Virus record (IMG/VR): IMGVR_UViG_3300049846_002130
Span: 96,001 to 160,000 of that record
From: a virus
Strand: one strand, 5' to 3'
DNA: 64,000 nucleotides
The position numbers were made by a program, and so were the translations under genes. The notes beneath the pieces are model-generated. The model was given only the letters and a program-made list of their open reading frames with translations. It searched no databases and was not told the DNA's origin. Every line of letters starts with the position of its first letter. The stretch's first letter is position 1. Below are positions 34,935-44,588 of this stretch, piece by piece.

Positions 34935-36341
34935 ATGACTGGATGGATAAAAAGAGAGTTCGCTGCCGATGATTTTGGTCCCGGTATAAGAACTAAAGTT
35001 ACCGCAAGTGCTCAAGTAGAGCCTAATCGGGTTGTATTGGTATCTTCTACTAATACTGCAGCCCATGCCTCTGTTTACGCACATGAATTTGGTGAGTGTA
35101 CTGGCGTTTGTGTAGCTAAAAGTACAGTTAATCCTTCTGAGGCTTTCTATGTAGCTACATCTGGCGATGTAGATATAGATGCTATTGATGAGATATCTGC
35201 TGGCTCTCCTGTAAAAGTTTACAGTGCTGGTAAGGTCGGGCCCGCTCTTAGAAAGAGTGATGTTCTGGCTACAAGAGGTTCCTCTTTTGGAGCCGGGTTT
35301 ACAAATCAGCCAGCTAACGATGGTATTGAAGTAGTTAGCTCTAGTGCTCTTGATGTTCAATATCTAGATCTTTATGGAACTACTCATGGCACTACTACTC
35401 TAGTACGCGAGAGAATACATCTTACTGGTACTTCTGTTGTAAGCACAGTTAAAACTAACTGGGGCAGACTACTTGGTGCTTTAATACCTCGTGGGCTAGG
35501 AAGAAATGCTGTGGGCACTATTACTATTCGAGAAGCATCTGGTAATGCCACTATTACTACAATTGTCCCAACTGCTCGTAGCAGTGGCATAGTCTTAGTT
35601 AGCTCTGCTAACAGACCAATGTTTGGTTTGCCAGGTGTCGTTGTGGGTTCAGAACCCAGCACAAGAATAGTTGGTCTTATTGGTACAGCTCTTGATAACT
35701 CTACTGCTGTTCTAGAAGCAGTAGCTTTAGCTGGAACAGATCTTGTTTCTTTAACGGAGTCACTGGCTAGTATCACAGCTTTATTAATTGGTGATATTGA
35801 TGATACTACTGTTGTAGATATCAAGCTTCATCCACATTATGATATCTCTACTATAGTAGGAGTAGCTTTAGCTGATGCTGAACCAGCAACTAAAGTTCCT
35901 GTTAATTTAATCCATAGAGAGCGTAATCGTGAACTTGAAGGTGCTGAAGCAGCACGGACTTACTCTGTAACTGTTACTGGTGGAGTTATAGCTGACAGCT
36001 ATACAACTCCAGTATCAATACTACCACCACCTCCTAGTGGTAAGTCTTACCTTGTTGAAAGAGTAAAGGCTTCTTGGGAATATGGTTCAGCTCCTATGGT
36101 TTCTGGTAGCTTTACAGATATTGGGTTTGCTTTTACTAGCTCTGGAACACTAGTAAGTTCTTTAGTTCCATTAGCAGTACTTGAGGGTACAAGTGATTAC
36201 ACTAAAGTACATACTCTCGGTACTAGTGTTTTAGTGAACGAAGGTCTAGAGCTTGTTGCTGCTGGTGATGATGCTACCGATGGTGGAACAGATAATAGTT
36301 TAACACTTACAATTGTCTATAGAATTGTTTCTATAATGTAA
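34935..36341 (+). CDS. probable virion (head decoration/cement-like) protein
   Basis: Gly/Ala/Thr/Val-rich; N-terminal segment resembles capsid cement modules (GVCVA...V.TSG.V...AGSPV). Confidence 0.45.
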   Translation: MTGWIKREFAADDFGPGIRTKVTASAQVEPNRVVLVSSTNTAAHASVYAHEFGECTGVCVAKSTVNPSEAFYVATSGDVDIDAIDEISAGSPVKVYSAGKVGPALRKSDVLATRGSSFGAGFTNQPANDGIEVVSSSALDVQYLDLYGTTHGTTTLVRERIHLTGTSVVSTVKTNWGRLLGALIPRGLGRNAVGTITIREASGNATITTIVPTARSSGIVLVSSANRPMFGLPGVVVGSEPSTRIVGLIGTALDNSTAVLEAVALAGTDLVSLTESLASITALLIGDIDDTTVVDIKLHPHYDISTIVGVALADAEPATKVPVNLIHRERNRELEGAEAARTYSVTVTGGVIADSYTTPVSILPPPPSGKSYLVERVKASWEYGSAPMVSGSFTDIGFAFTSSGTLVSSLVPLAVLEGTSDYTKVHTLGTSVLVNEGLELVAAGDDATDGGTDNSLTLTIVYRIVSIM

Positions 36342-36360
36342 GACTAAACTTAGTAATAGA

Positions 36361-36394
36361 TATAAAAAGAGGGCCTTATGGCCCTCTTTTTATA
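36361..36394. terminator. bidirectional terminator between convergent genes
   Basis: tataaaaagagggcc-ttat-ggccctctttttata, 15-bp stem. Confidence 0.85.
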
Positions 36395-37389
36395 TACTTA
36401 AATTGAGCTGTTCCAGTAGTTTGATAACTTAAAAATTCAGAATAGATACTATTAGTCACAACATCATAAATCCAATCGTTAACTATTATCGTCACATTAT
36501 CTATTAGATAGTAAACCTCAATAGTATCTGCTACTGGGAAATAAGATAAGTAATAATTATCGTCTTCCAGATAGGTAAAGTTCTCAGCAATATCATCTAA
36601 GGTTGGGGTCCAGTCTGGAGAGTTGATATCTATTATTTTACTACTTTGTCCATAGGCTTCAGATAGCTCAATATAGGCTTCTCCTATAAGATTCTCTGGA
36701 TCTCCATATGGTGCACTAGTTGTAACAATAGAATGAATATCTAAGCTCATTCTGGAGTCTCGCTCGTCGTCCATTAGGTTTCTAACAATGTTAGGTGGAA
36801 CAGATGTATGATCATCTTCATCTGAAATTATGATTAATTCTAATGGAACTAGTGGTCTATAATATTGTTGTGTGGCTGACAGTTCCATAGTTAAGGCAAT
36901 ACCCTGTTCGTTTCCTGAGCCTGTAGTCCCTACTAATAGTAGGTCCCTTAGTAGGATATCTGCTTCTTCAACCAGTGGTGTTAATATTGTATAACCCTGA
37001 CTCATTTCTAGTTGATATTTAGGAGTAAAACTAAACACACCAACTCTAAAATCTATATCACTTCCTATTAAGGGATCTATTATAGACACACTATTAACAG
37101 AAATTAATTTTTGATTATCATTCATAGAACAAGAGTCGTCTACTAAAAAGAATAAATCCATTTTTTTAGTTTTATTGACGACTATGTTCTCGACTATATA
37201 TTCTGTAAAGTCTATCGTCTGAACACTAGTTGGCAGTACAGGCTCTGATACTCTAGAAATATTATTTTCAATACAGCCTACAGGCGAACTAGTTACTAAA
37301 AGAAACAGTAAGAATATTATGAAGTTCTTCTTCAGTAAACTCTGAAGGAGATAATTCGTTAATGTCTTCGACTCTGAAAGCTGCTGCAT
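36376..37389 (-). CDS. vWA-domain putative lipoprotein, start uncertain
   Basis: KKNFIIFLLFLLVTSSPVGC signal-like segment; DLFFLVDDSCSM, GSGNEQG, IISDEDD. Confidence 0.7.
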   Translation of the reverse strand: MQQLSESKTLTNYLLQSLLKKNFIIFLLFLLVTSSPVGCIENNISRVSEPVLPTSVQTIDFTEYIVENIVVNKTKKMDLFFLVDDSCSMNDNQKLISVNSVSIIDPLIGSDIDFRVGVFSFTPKYQLEMSQGYTILTPLVEEADILLRDLLLVGTTGSGNEQGIALTMELSATQQYYRPLVPLELIIISDEDDHTSVPPNIVRNLMDDERDSRMSLDIHSIVTTSAPYGDPENLIGEAYIELSEAYGQSSKIIDINSPDWTPTLDDIAENFTYLEDDNYYLSYFPVADTIEVYYLIDNVTIIVNDWIYDVVTNSIYSEFLSYQTTGTAQFKYIKRGP

Positions 37390-38368
37390 TTTTATGGCCT
37401 CCACCACCATATAGTTTAGCAAGTTCAGATACGTCGAGGCCACCATCTTTTGATGAACGTAAAGATATATTCCACCCTTTCCCAGTACAGTAATAAATAG
37501 CAGCTGTCTTAAGCTTATTAGCTTCTGCTAAATTACTACCTAATTCCGACTGATAAAAATTACAGTTAATAGCAGGTATAACATAGTTGCTTATTAATAG
37601 TTTATGTACCTTGTTAGGAGATCCAAGTATACCTATTACTTTGTTGTGGTAGCGAAGATAAGATTTACCTTCAGCTACACATTCATCATAATGATCAGTA
37701 AGCCTTGCTGATATTTTATCCCACTCAGGAAAGGTACGCCTATACATCTCTATAACTAATAAGAGTTCTTTTGCATTTGGAACTTTCCATTTCCAAATAT
37801 CTCGATCTTCAATAAGATCAATAAGTAACGGGCGACCTACACCAAGCTCATCTTTACAAAACCAGTCCCAAACAATACCTGCTCCGGATCTGTTCATATC
37901 AAAATATGTATATGGCAGATCTCCACATTCCTTTTGTGCAGAGATATGATGATCGAGTACAAGTACTTCATCAAAATGATCGGCACATGTAATCAACATA
38001 TCTCTGTGTGGACAAATATCTGCAAAGAGAATCTTTTGAGCACCAGATTCTTTTAGAAGTTTTTTGGTTGCTTCAAATTTGTGATCTTCTCTGATAAAAC
38101 GAATTTTAGTATCTAGTAAACTACATTCTAAATATTCTAAATCACCATCTGCATCTAACATGCTAGCTATATTTTTAGCACCAAGCTTCTTTATATAGTG
38201 ATAGTAACCCCATGCTGCTCCAAATCCATCAGGACACGGGGCGTGGAATACAATAACGTCATAAAAAAGTAAATCAAGCTTTGCAATAGCTATAGCTAAT
38301 TTTTGAGCTTTAGGTAATAAATTACTAGGTATAAAATTTTTACTTTCTATCATGTGGATCAATTCCAA
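37289..38368 (-). CDS. DHH/DHHA1 phosphoesterase
   Basis: HAPCPDG, VLDHH, SGAG, GGGGHKNAAAF. Confidence 0.9.
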   Translation of the reverse strand: MELIHMIESKNFIPSNLLPKAQKLAIAIAKLDLLFYDVIVFHAPCPDGFGAAWGYYHYIKKLGAKNIASMLDADGDLEYLECSLLDTKIRFIREDHKFEATKKLLKESGAQKILFADICPHRDMLITCADHFDEVLVLDHHISAQKECGDLPYTYFDMNRSGAGIVWDWFCKDELGVGRPLLIDLIEDRDIWKWKVPNAKELLLVIEMYRRTFPEWDKISARLTDHYDECVAEGKSYLRYHNKVIGILGSPNKVHKLLISNYVIPAINCNFYQSELGSNLAEANKLKTAAIYYCTGKGWNISLRSSKDGGLDVSELAKLYGGGGHKNAAAFRVEDINELSPSEFTEEELHNILTVSFSN

Positions 38369-38570
38369 AAGCTATAGCAAATATTACTAGTACCGAGCTT
38401 ATTACTTCAAAACCAATAGGAAGCAAAGCTAAAACAAGTACAGTATAATGTCTAGCTGTTAATGTTTGTGGCTTAGAATAGAGCCAAGCTCCTAGAACAG
38501 CCAATCTAGATACACAAAACCAAGTTATGTAGGCTATAGCTACATAGATTAACCATGTAAGTCCTATCAT
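38340..38570 (-). CDS. small membrane protein
   Basis: Two hydrophobic helices. Confidence 0.6.
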   Translation of the reverse strand: MIGLTWLIYVAIAYITWFCVSRLAVLGAWLYSKPQTLTARHYTVLVLALLPIGFEVISSVLVIFAIAFGIDPHDRK

Positions 38571-38577
38571 TTAACTC

Positions 38578-38928
38578 TTATTCCTTTGTAATAGCAACCA
38601 GCTTTTTACCATCTCTGATGATTACATTATCTTTAACAGGAGATAAGCTAGCTTTTACTATTTTTCGCATATACTCAGCTCGAAACTCACTAATAGCTTT
38701 TGCTATATGGTTTGGCACAGGTTCATCTGTTGTCTTATACCACCAAGTAATTCCCTCACCATAAACTCGATAAGTATCGCCGAACCTATCAGTAATGCTA
38801 GCTTCATATGAATTGCCATTAACATGAAAATCATTAACAACAATTGTTGCTTGCTTTCGTCGATTCCATAAGAACGCTGTTAATCCAGAGCCAAGAGCTA
38901 ACACGCCAGTAGCTATATATTTAGTCAT
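38578..38928 (-). CDS. membrane-anchored hypothetical protein
   Basis: N-terminal TM segment. Confidence 0.65.
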   Translation of the reverse strand: MTKYIATGVLALGSGLTAFLWNRRKQATIVVNDFHVNGNSYEASITDRFGDTYRVYGEGITWWYKTTDEPVPNHIAKAISEFRAEYMRKIVKASLSPVKDNVIIRDGKKLVAITKE

Positions 38929-39225
38929 TTATACTCCTGGTATACTCCTAATAATTTTAGAGTCTTTAATTAGGCCCCATCTATAACCAACCTTGTCTGG
39001 TATAGCCCAGGTTATTTCTGCTCCTTGTCGGGCTTCTTGTGCATATACACTAGTTTTTGTTTGATCTTTATTCTGTTCTATAAACTTAATGTTACCAAAC
39101 TGTATAAATCTACAGCCAGTATTAGGAGCTGTCTGAACATTATAAATTTTAGAATTAATTTTTATACCAGAATGTTTTGAATGCAGTACTTTATGAATTG
39201 TTAAAATTTGATGTTCTGTTAGCAT
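38929..39225 (-). CDS. hypothetical protein
   Basis: Coupled ORF. Confidence 0.65.
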   Translation of the reverse strand: MLTEHQILTIHKVLHSKHSGIKINSKIYNVQTAPNTGCRFIQFGNIKFIEQNKDQTKTSVYAQEARQGAEITWAIPDKVGYRWGLIKDSKIIRSIPGV

Positions 39226-39908
39226 TAAAGTTTAATTATAATTGCTGTTTGATTATCAGTAGATAAAGAGTCAAGTTGGTCTAAGTTTTCCTTAGTAAAA
39301 GGAAGTAGACTTAGTTCTTCTGGGCCAAACCCATCAAGTCCATCAGAATATATAGCTAGATAGTCGTAGTTATTTTGATCAAGCTTAATAGTTTTTACTT
39401 CAGTAAGGATATCATTATATCCATTAGAACCTAAACAATTAATTAGCCGACCATCTGGAAGCTCATGGGGGTTTGTTTGATATTTAGTATCACCATATAT
39501 AGATAGATATGAATCTCCAATATGAAGATAGGTAACTTTATCGTCACTAACTAGAGCTAAAATTAGTGTAGCTCCTCTAAAATCACCATGACTATTAACT
39601 ACATAATGAATTACTTTTGCTAAGTCTTTTAAGTAGCTTTCTAAAGCTTTATCATCGACATAGTTAAAGCTATCAGTAGCCATATCAACTACTTGAATTA
39701 CTTCTTGAGAAGCTTTATCTCCATTTGGATGACCGCCCATTCCGTCAGAGACAGCAATTAAGAGTTTATCGTCCAGTTCTTTAACTAAATAACTATCTTC
39801 TTGATAATCTCTCATATGTTGGCGATAGCAAATGTCTATTTGTTTGTTTTTTAACTTTAAAGATTCTATATGATCATTTTTATTAAAGCTAGTTAACTTC
39901 ATAGCCAT
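39225..39908 (-). CDS. PP2C-family Ser/Thr phosphatase
   Basis: RDYQED, VSDGMGG, HIGDS, YSDGL, DNQT. Confidence 0.88.
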   Translation of the reverse strand: MAMKLTSFNKNDHIESLKLKNKQIDICYRQHMRDYQEDSYLVKELDDKLLIAVSDGMGGHPNGDKASQEVIQVVDMATDSFNYVDDKALESYLKDLAKVIHYVVNSHGDFRGATLILALVSDDKVTYLHIGDSYLSIYGDTKYQTNPHELPDGRLINCLGSNGYNDILTEVKTIKLDQNNYDYLAIYSDGLDGFGPEELSLLPFTKENLDQLDSLSTDNQTAIIIKL

Positions 39909-40080
39909 ATAAGTCCTATGTCTGTTGTCTTGTCAAATAGAGACACTGATACTTGTAAGCCAGTAAGTTCCTGAGCTGCATTATAGACAACAAAAAACTG
40001 AAGTCCCACACCCCATAGGTCAAGCATTTGATGTCGATCTATCTTTATAGATGGAATAAATCCCATAAGTTCTCCAATAA

Positions 40081-40103
40081 TTAGGGGGCTAAGTGCCCCC
40101 TAA
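40081..40103 (-). terminator. GC hairpin, probable terminator
   Basis: ttagggggc-taagt-gccccctaa, directly after the 40105 stop. Confidence 0.6.
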
Positions 40104-40104
40104 A

Positions 40105-40305
40105 TTACTTCAATCCTTCAAAGTCTTCATCGGTTTTAGTACTAGGTTCTGTCTTAGAGGTTCGTCTCCTCTTCATTTTTTCTGCAGCAGCAGCAAAGCC
40201 TTTTTCTAGTCCCCGTTCAAGGCCCTTGGCAGCTCCAGCCGCCACTAGATGTACAGCTGTAGCTTCTACAGCCTTAATTAAAAACTTTCCTATTGCATTA
40301 CTCAT
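40105..40305 (-). CDS. small amphipathic hypothetical protein
   Basis: ATG with GGAG SD. Confidence 0.6.
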   Translation of the reverse strand: MSNAIGKFLIKAVEATAVHLVAAGAAKGLERGLEKGFAAAAEKMKRRRTSKTEPSTKTDEDFEGLK

Positions 40306-40441
40306 TATTTTTCTCCTGAAGCTGTTTTAAAGATACCTGTCTTTTCACTAACCTTTCTCATAGCTAAAGCACCCGCTGTAAAACAAAATCCGGTAAGTGC
40401 TGCTCCGGTTATTTCTAAAGCAACAAGCATAAGTAGTTTTT

Positions 40442-40807
40442 TCATGCAACTCCTCCGTTAATAACAGACGGAAGAAACTGTAAAGAATAGGTTTTCCATT
40501 TCTTTGCTTCTTCTATCTGTCCATCTTCTTCGTATAAATAAATCTGATAATTAATATACCTAATAGGATCTACAACTAAACCAGTCACTCTCATTTTTAT
40601 TTTAAGTTTATCTTCTTTGGCATGCAGAATGGTTCCTGGTTGAACTATTTGAAACTTATGAGTAAATACGGGAAGCTTTTTCTTTGGAGCTATAAGTCCT
40701 TCTACTATTACTTCCCAACTATTAGTTAGTATAGGTTTAACTAACCTAACACAGTAGGTAATTTGTTCATACTCATATGTAAGCATCATACTGGGTATAT
40801 ATTTCAT
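40442..40807 (-). CDS. hypothetical protein
   Basis: ORF track entry. Confidence 0.65.
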   Translation of the reverse strand: MKYIPSMMLTYEYEQITYCVRLVKPILTNSWEVIVEGLIAPKKKLPVFTHKFQIVQPGTILHAKEDKLKIKMRVTGLVVDPIRYINYQIYLYEEDGQIEEAKKWKTYSLQFLPSVINGGVA

Positions 40808-40808
40808 A

Positions 40809-41051
40809 TTAACTTAATTCTACTTTACTAACAACTATAGTCTGCTTGTTGGTTCCACCGACGGTGGCGACTCCCCCAATCTTTTGTCCATAAACTCGCA
40901 CCTGTGCTTCTTTGTTAGTCAAAACTACTTGATCTAATATAGTTTTTACTGTTGGGTCAGCAGCAAGGTTATAGGTAAGAGTGGGGGTCACAAGCTCATA
41001 CTTACCAGGACCAATATCCTGGTAAGTGAGTGTACCTAATATGCTAATCAT
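40809..41051 (-). CDS. small OB-like hypothetical protein
   Basis: GTLTYQDIGPGKYEL; coupled to the protease gene. Confidence 0.55.
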   Translation of the reverse strand: MISILGTLTYQDIGPGKYELVTPTLTYNLAADPTVKTILDQVVLTNKEAQVRVYGQKIGGVATVGGTNKQTIVVSKVELS

Positions 41052-42739
41052 TATACTTCTCCATTCTTGTTTTGGAACTCAGCCACTACTACCATAAGTA
41101 GCGCTGTACAAATGGCGCTTATAGCAATCCAGGCTCTAGAACCAATACTGTCTAGAAACCAGACAGGATTGAACTGAAGTAAGGCATCAGCTGCCAAATA
41201 AGTTGTCATACCTGCAAGTAGACCTAATACAGCGGTTCTAGTTCTACGAAATGGAGTCAATGTAAAGACAGCTGGAAGAGCAATAAGCGGACTTAACCAA
41301 AGTGGAAAACCACTAGCACCAGGACCGAACATTAGGTCTGGTAAGTCAAATATATGGAACGTGCCTGGAACAGCACCTGTCCACTTAAGTGGTAGAAGAT
41401 TAAGTGGTGCAAGAGCACCTGCCCAAAGGCCAGTCCACAAACTAGTTTGAACAGAAAACTTATTAGAAAACGAGTATGTCTTTGAGACCAATCCTACCAG
41501 TAGAACACTAAGTAAAGCAATAAGTGTTGTTTGCTTAATTGGAGGAGAACTTACTGGAAGGTCTGCAATAGCGGACTTACCACCTCGATGCTTAAGTACA
41601 GCGTCCTTAAGGTTGATAATACCAGCACCTACCTCAACTGACTTTGGACCATGAGCTGTACTTGTAAGTAATGGAGTGACCTCTTTTGGAGCAATACCTT
41701 CACTTAGTAAAACTGCTACAGCACCTGCAACATGTGGGGTAGCCATAGAGGTACCCTGCCACTCTAGGAACTGTTCAGTTCTATTACCAGGATTTGTTAG
41801 CTGCCAGACACCTCCACCTGGAAAATTCTTATTTCCACCAGGCGCAGCCAAGACTAGGTCCGCACCATAGCTCGAGTAATACGAACGCTTATGGTCAGGG
41901 CCAGTCGCACCGACGCTAATAACGTCGGGGTATAGGGCTGGGTAGCCCATACAGCCTTCGCAGCCATCATTACCAGCGGCAGCAACAACTACAACATTAT
42001 GGTCTACAGCATACTTTACTGCATCACGTATAACCTTGCTGGGTGTCGGGCCACCAAGACTCATGCTGATAACACCAGCACCCTGATCTGTTGCCCAACG
42101 AATACCACCAGCAATCCAGTCATTATATCCAAATCCAGCATCAGAAAGTACCTTTACTGGCAATACTTTGACATGACGAGCAACGCCAACACCACTAATA
42201 CCATTATCTACAACCTCACCAATAGTGGAGGCACAATGAGTACCATGACCATGCATATCGGTTAGCTTTTCGCCAGTAAAAGACTTGCCCTTTAGAATAC
42301 GCTCTGGATCCATATCACTAGTCTTAGTGAATCCAGTATCTAGTACAGCAACAATGATACCTTCTCCACCTTTGGTATTGGTCCAAGCCCAAGGAGCATC
42401 AATCTCACCCATATGCCATTGCTTATTAAACTCTGGATCATTTGGCTTTAAGTCTGGCTCATCGGTAGCTACCAACATTCCAGTAATTACATACTGAATT
42501 CTTGGCTCAACAGATGTAACATTGGCCTGGCTTTCAAAGAAAGCTAAGCCTTCTGAAAGATTGCTAACTTCAACAATAGCAATAGACTCATCTACAAGAG
42601 ACTCGTCTGCCCAATCTGCAGAAATAATGTTTGAGCCAACAAGATTGTGTAGTTCAGTTGTTGAAGTATTGTCTACAAAGTCGACAACAAGAGTACTTGC
42701 ATTAGCTACTGTTAACAAACTAAGTAATACTGGTATCAT
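41051..42739 (-). CDS. secreted subtilisin-like (S8) serine protease with C-terminal membrane domain
   Basis: Signal peptide; VLDTG, HGHGTHCA, AAAGN, GTSMATPHVAG; several C-terminal TM helices. Confidence 0.92.
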   Translation of the reverse strand: MIPVLLSLLTVANASTLVVDFVDNTSTTELHNLVGSNIISADWADESLVDESIAIVEVSNLSEGLAFFESQANVTSVEPRIQYVITGMLVATDEPDLKPNDPEFNKQWHMGEIDAPWAWTNTKGGEGIIVAVLDTGFTKTSDMDPERILKGKSFTGEKLTDMHGHGTHCASTIGEVVDNGISGVGVARHVKVLPVKVLSDAGFGYNDWIAGGIRWATDQGAGVISMSLGGPTPSKVIRDAVKYAVDHNVVVVAAAGNDGCEGCMGYPALYPDVISVGATGPDHKRSYYSSYGADLVLAAPGGNKNFPGGGVWQLTNPGNRTEQFLEWQGTSMATPHVAGAVAVLLSEGIAPKEVTPLLTSTAHGPKSVEVGAGIINLKDAVLKHRGGKSAIADLPVSSPPIKQTTLIALLSVLLVGLVSKTYSFSNKFSVQTSLWTGLWAGALAPLNLLPLKWTGAVPGTFHIFDLPDLMFGPGASGFPLWLSPLIALPAVFTLTPFRRTRTAVLGLLAGMTTYLAADALLQFNPVWFLDSIGSRAWIAISAICTALLMVVVAEFQNKNGEV

Positions 42740-42789
42740 TCTTTCTCCTGGTTACCTATCCATAGCTGCCGTCAGGCAGCACCTACTTC

Positions 42790-42818
42790 TTGACTACTTT
42801 CAAATACAACTATATAAT
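42790..42818 (+). promoter_or_regulatory. sigma70-type promoter
   Basis: TTGACT-17 bp-TATAAT, 14 nt before the ATG at 42833. Confidence 0.75.
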
Positions 42819-42832
42819 TAACTTAATTTAAA

Positions 42833-44017
42833 ATGCAGACTACGAAACAAATTATTACTTATAATCTTTCTTCTACTTTTGAAGAGCAGGAGCTGATCAA
42901 ACTAGCTTCACCTCTTCGATTGGTTAATATATCTGCTGAAATTACTGATGGCTCTGGTACCTTTAGTATAGAGATTAGAGAACGATCTGGTACGGTAAAT
43001 CCGACATATATACCAGTTTCGTATACTGCTATATCGGAACTTAATGAATATCCCGATGTAGATATATTCCCTTTTAGTTCTAATAATAGAAATATTATTT
43101 GGATTGCTCTTAAAAAAGATTCTGGAACTATTAATACTCTTAGAGTTAATCTTCGGTTTAATTATGGTCCAGAAACTGATGTGCTAGATGTTTCTAGAGG
43201 TGGTACGGGGCAAAGTAATGTTGTTGATGCTTTAAATGCTTTATTACCCTCACAGACTGGTAACGCAGGCTTTTATTTATCAACAGATGGTATTAATGCT
43301 TTATGGGCTCCCGTAGCCGGGGGTGGGGGTCCTGGTATCTCTGATGGTGACAAAGGAGATATAACTGTTAGTGGCAGCGGATTAGTTTGGACTATAGATA
43401 ATAGTACTATTACAAACTCAAAGTTAGCTGATATGTCGGCCAGTACTTTAAAGGGCAATAATACTGGTAGTTCTGGGGCACCATTAGATTTAACCACCAC
43501 ACAAGTAAAATCAATGTTGGCTATTACTGAAAGTGATGTAGCTAATCTTACTTCTGATCTTGCAGCAAAAGCTCCTTTAGCTAGTCCGACATTTACAGGA
43601 ACAGTTGTTTTACCAACAAATACATCTATTGGTAGTGTAAGCTCTACAGAAATTAGCTATATAGATGGTGTAACTAGCAGTATTCAAACACAACTAGATA
43701 GTAAATCTAGTATAGGTCATACACATGTTGTTGCAAACATTACTGATTATACTAGTAGTACAAACTCATTAATTTCTACAGCTATAACAGCACATGCAGG
43801 AGCAGCCGATCCACATACTGGATATCAACTAGAATCTGAAAAAAATGCTACTAGTGGTTATGCTGGACTTGATAGTTCAACCTTAGTTCCAGTAGCCTTA
43901 TTGGGTACCGGAACAGCTAATTCGTCTAAGTTTTTACGTGGTGATCGTGTTTGGGCCACGCCAGCAGGTGGTGGTGGCGGAACAATAAATTCATATTTCC
44001 CCTCAGGCTGGGGATAG
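42833..44017 (+). CDS. tail-fibre-like structural protein
   Basis: Fibre-type modules LPSQTGNAGFYLSTDG, DGDKGDITVS, KAPLASPTFTG, FLRGD..W. Confidence 0.65.
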   Translation: MQTTKQIITYNLSSTFEEQELIKLASPLRLVNISAEITDGSGTFSIEIRERSGTVNPTYIPVSYTAISELNEYPDVDIFPFSSNNRNIIWIALKKDSGTINTLRVNLRFNYGPETDVLDVSRGGTGQSNVVDALNALLPSQTGNAGFYLSTDGINALWAPVAGGGGPGISDGDKGDITVSGSGLVWTIDNSTITNSKLADMSASTLKGNNTGSSGAPLDLTTTQVKSMLAITESDVANLTSDLAAKAPLASPTFTGTVVLPTNTSIGSVSSTEISYIDGVTSSIQTQLDSKSSIGHTHVVANITDYTSSTNSLISTAITAHAGAADPHTGYQLESEKNATSGYAGLDSSTLVPVALLGTGTANSSKFLRGDRVWATPAGGGGGTINSYFPSGWG

Positions 44018-44025
44018 GAGCTTAA

Positions 44026-44457
44026 ATGGCTAAGACAACTACTTTTTCAAACGACTTAGTTGCATTAATTTTTAATGCAACAGCAATAGCTAACATTGCA
44101 GACAATGCTGCGTCGTCTCCAATAACCATATTGTATGTTAGTCTACATACCTCCAGTCCTGGAGTTGGTGGAAACCAAACAACTAATGAGACTGCATATA
44201 CTAACTATGCTAGGGTTGCTGTAAACAGAAACTCTGGAGGTTGGACAGTTGCTAGCGGCAGCGCAGCAAACACTGCGCTAATTCAGTTTCCAACTTGTGG
44301 TGCTTCTGGTAGTACAGTCACTCATGTTGGTATTGGAACCGCATCATCTGGTACCGGAAAGCTTTTGTATTCTGGAGCACTCTCAGCAAGCTTAGGTGTC
44401 TCTACAAACATACAGCCACAGTTTAGTGCAAGTGCTCTAACTACTACGGAATCATAA
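44026..44457 (+). CDS. virion structural protein (tail-associated)
   Basis: LYVSLHT..PG...ET.YT.YARV motif typical of phage tail-region proteins. Confidence 0.6.
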   Translation: MAKTTTFSNDLVALIFNATAIANIADNAASSPITILYVSLHTSSPGVGGNQTTNETAYTNYARVAVNRNSGGWTVASGSAANTALIQFPTCGASGSTVTHVGIGTASSGTGKLLYSGALSASLGVSTNIQPQFSASALTTTES

Positions 44458-44588
44458 TGCTAATCTGTGGAGATTGTAAGCAACCTGTAGTAATTAAGGA
44501 TAATGTAATTGTTAGAAGTTGTAATCATACAGGTTCAATAATTGCTAACTTAACTGCAAAAGTAAAAGCACATGGCAATCTTAAATGA
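44457..44588 (+). CDS. 43-aa CxxC...CxH protein
   Basis: MLICGDCKQPV...SCNH; start and stop overlap both neighbours. Confidence 0.55.
   Translation: MLICGDCKQPVVIKDNVIVRSCNHTGSIIANLTAKVKAHGNLK

Noticed and set aside
8508-42818. Recurring CTATATAA motif (near 8508, 29210, 32345, 42810) as a late promoter
   Set aside because: Orientation relative to genes is inconsistent, and the word is expected by chance in AT-rich DNA.
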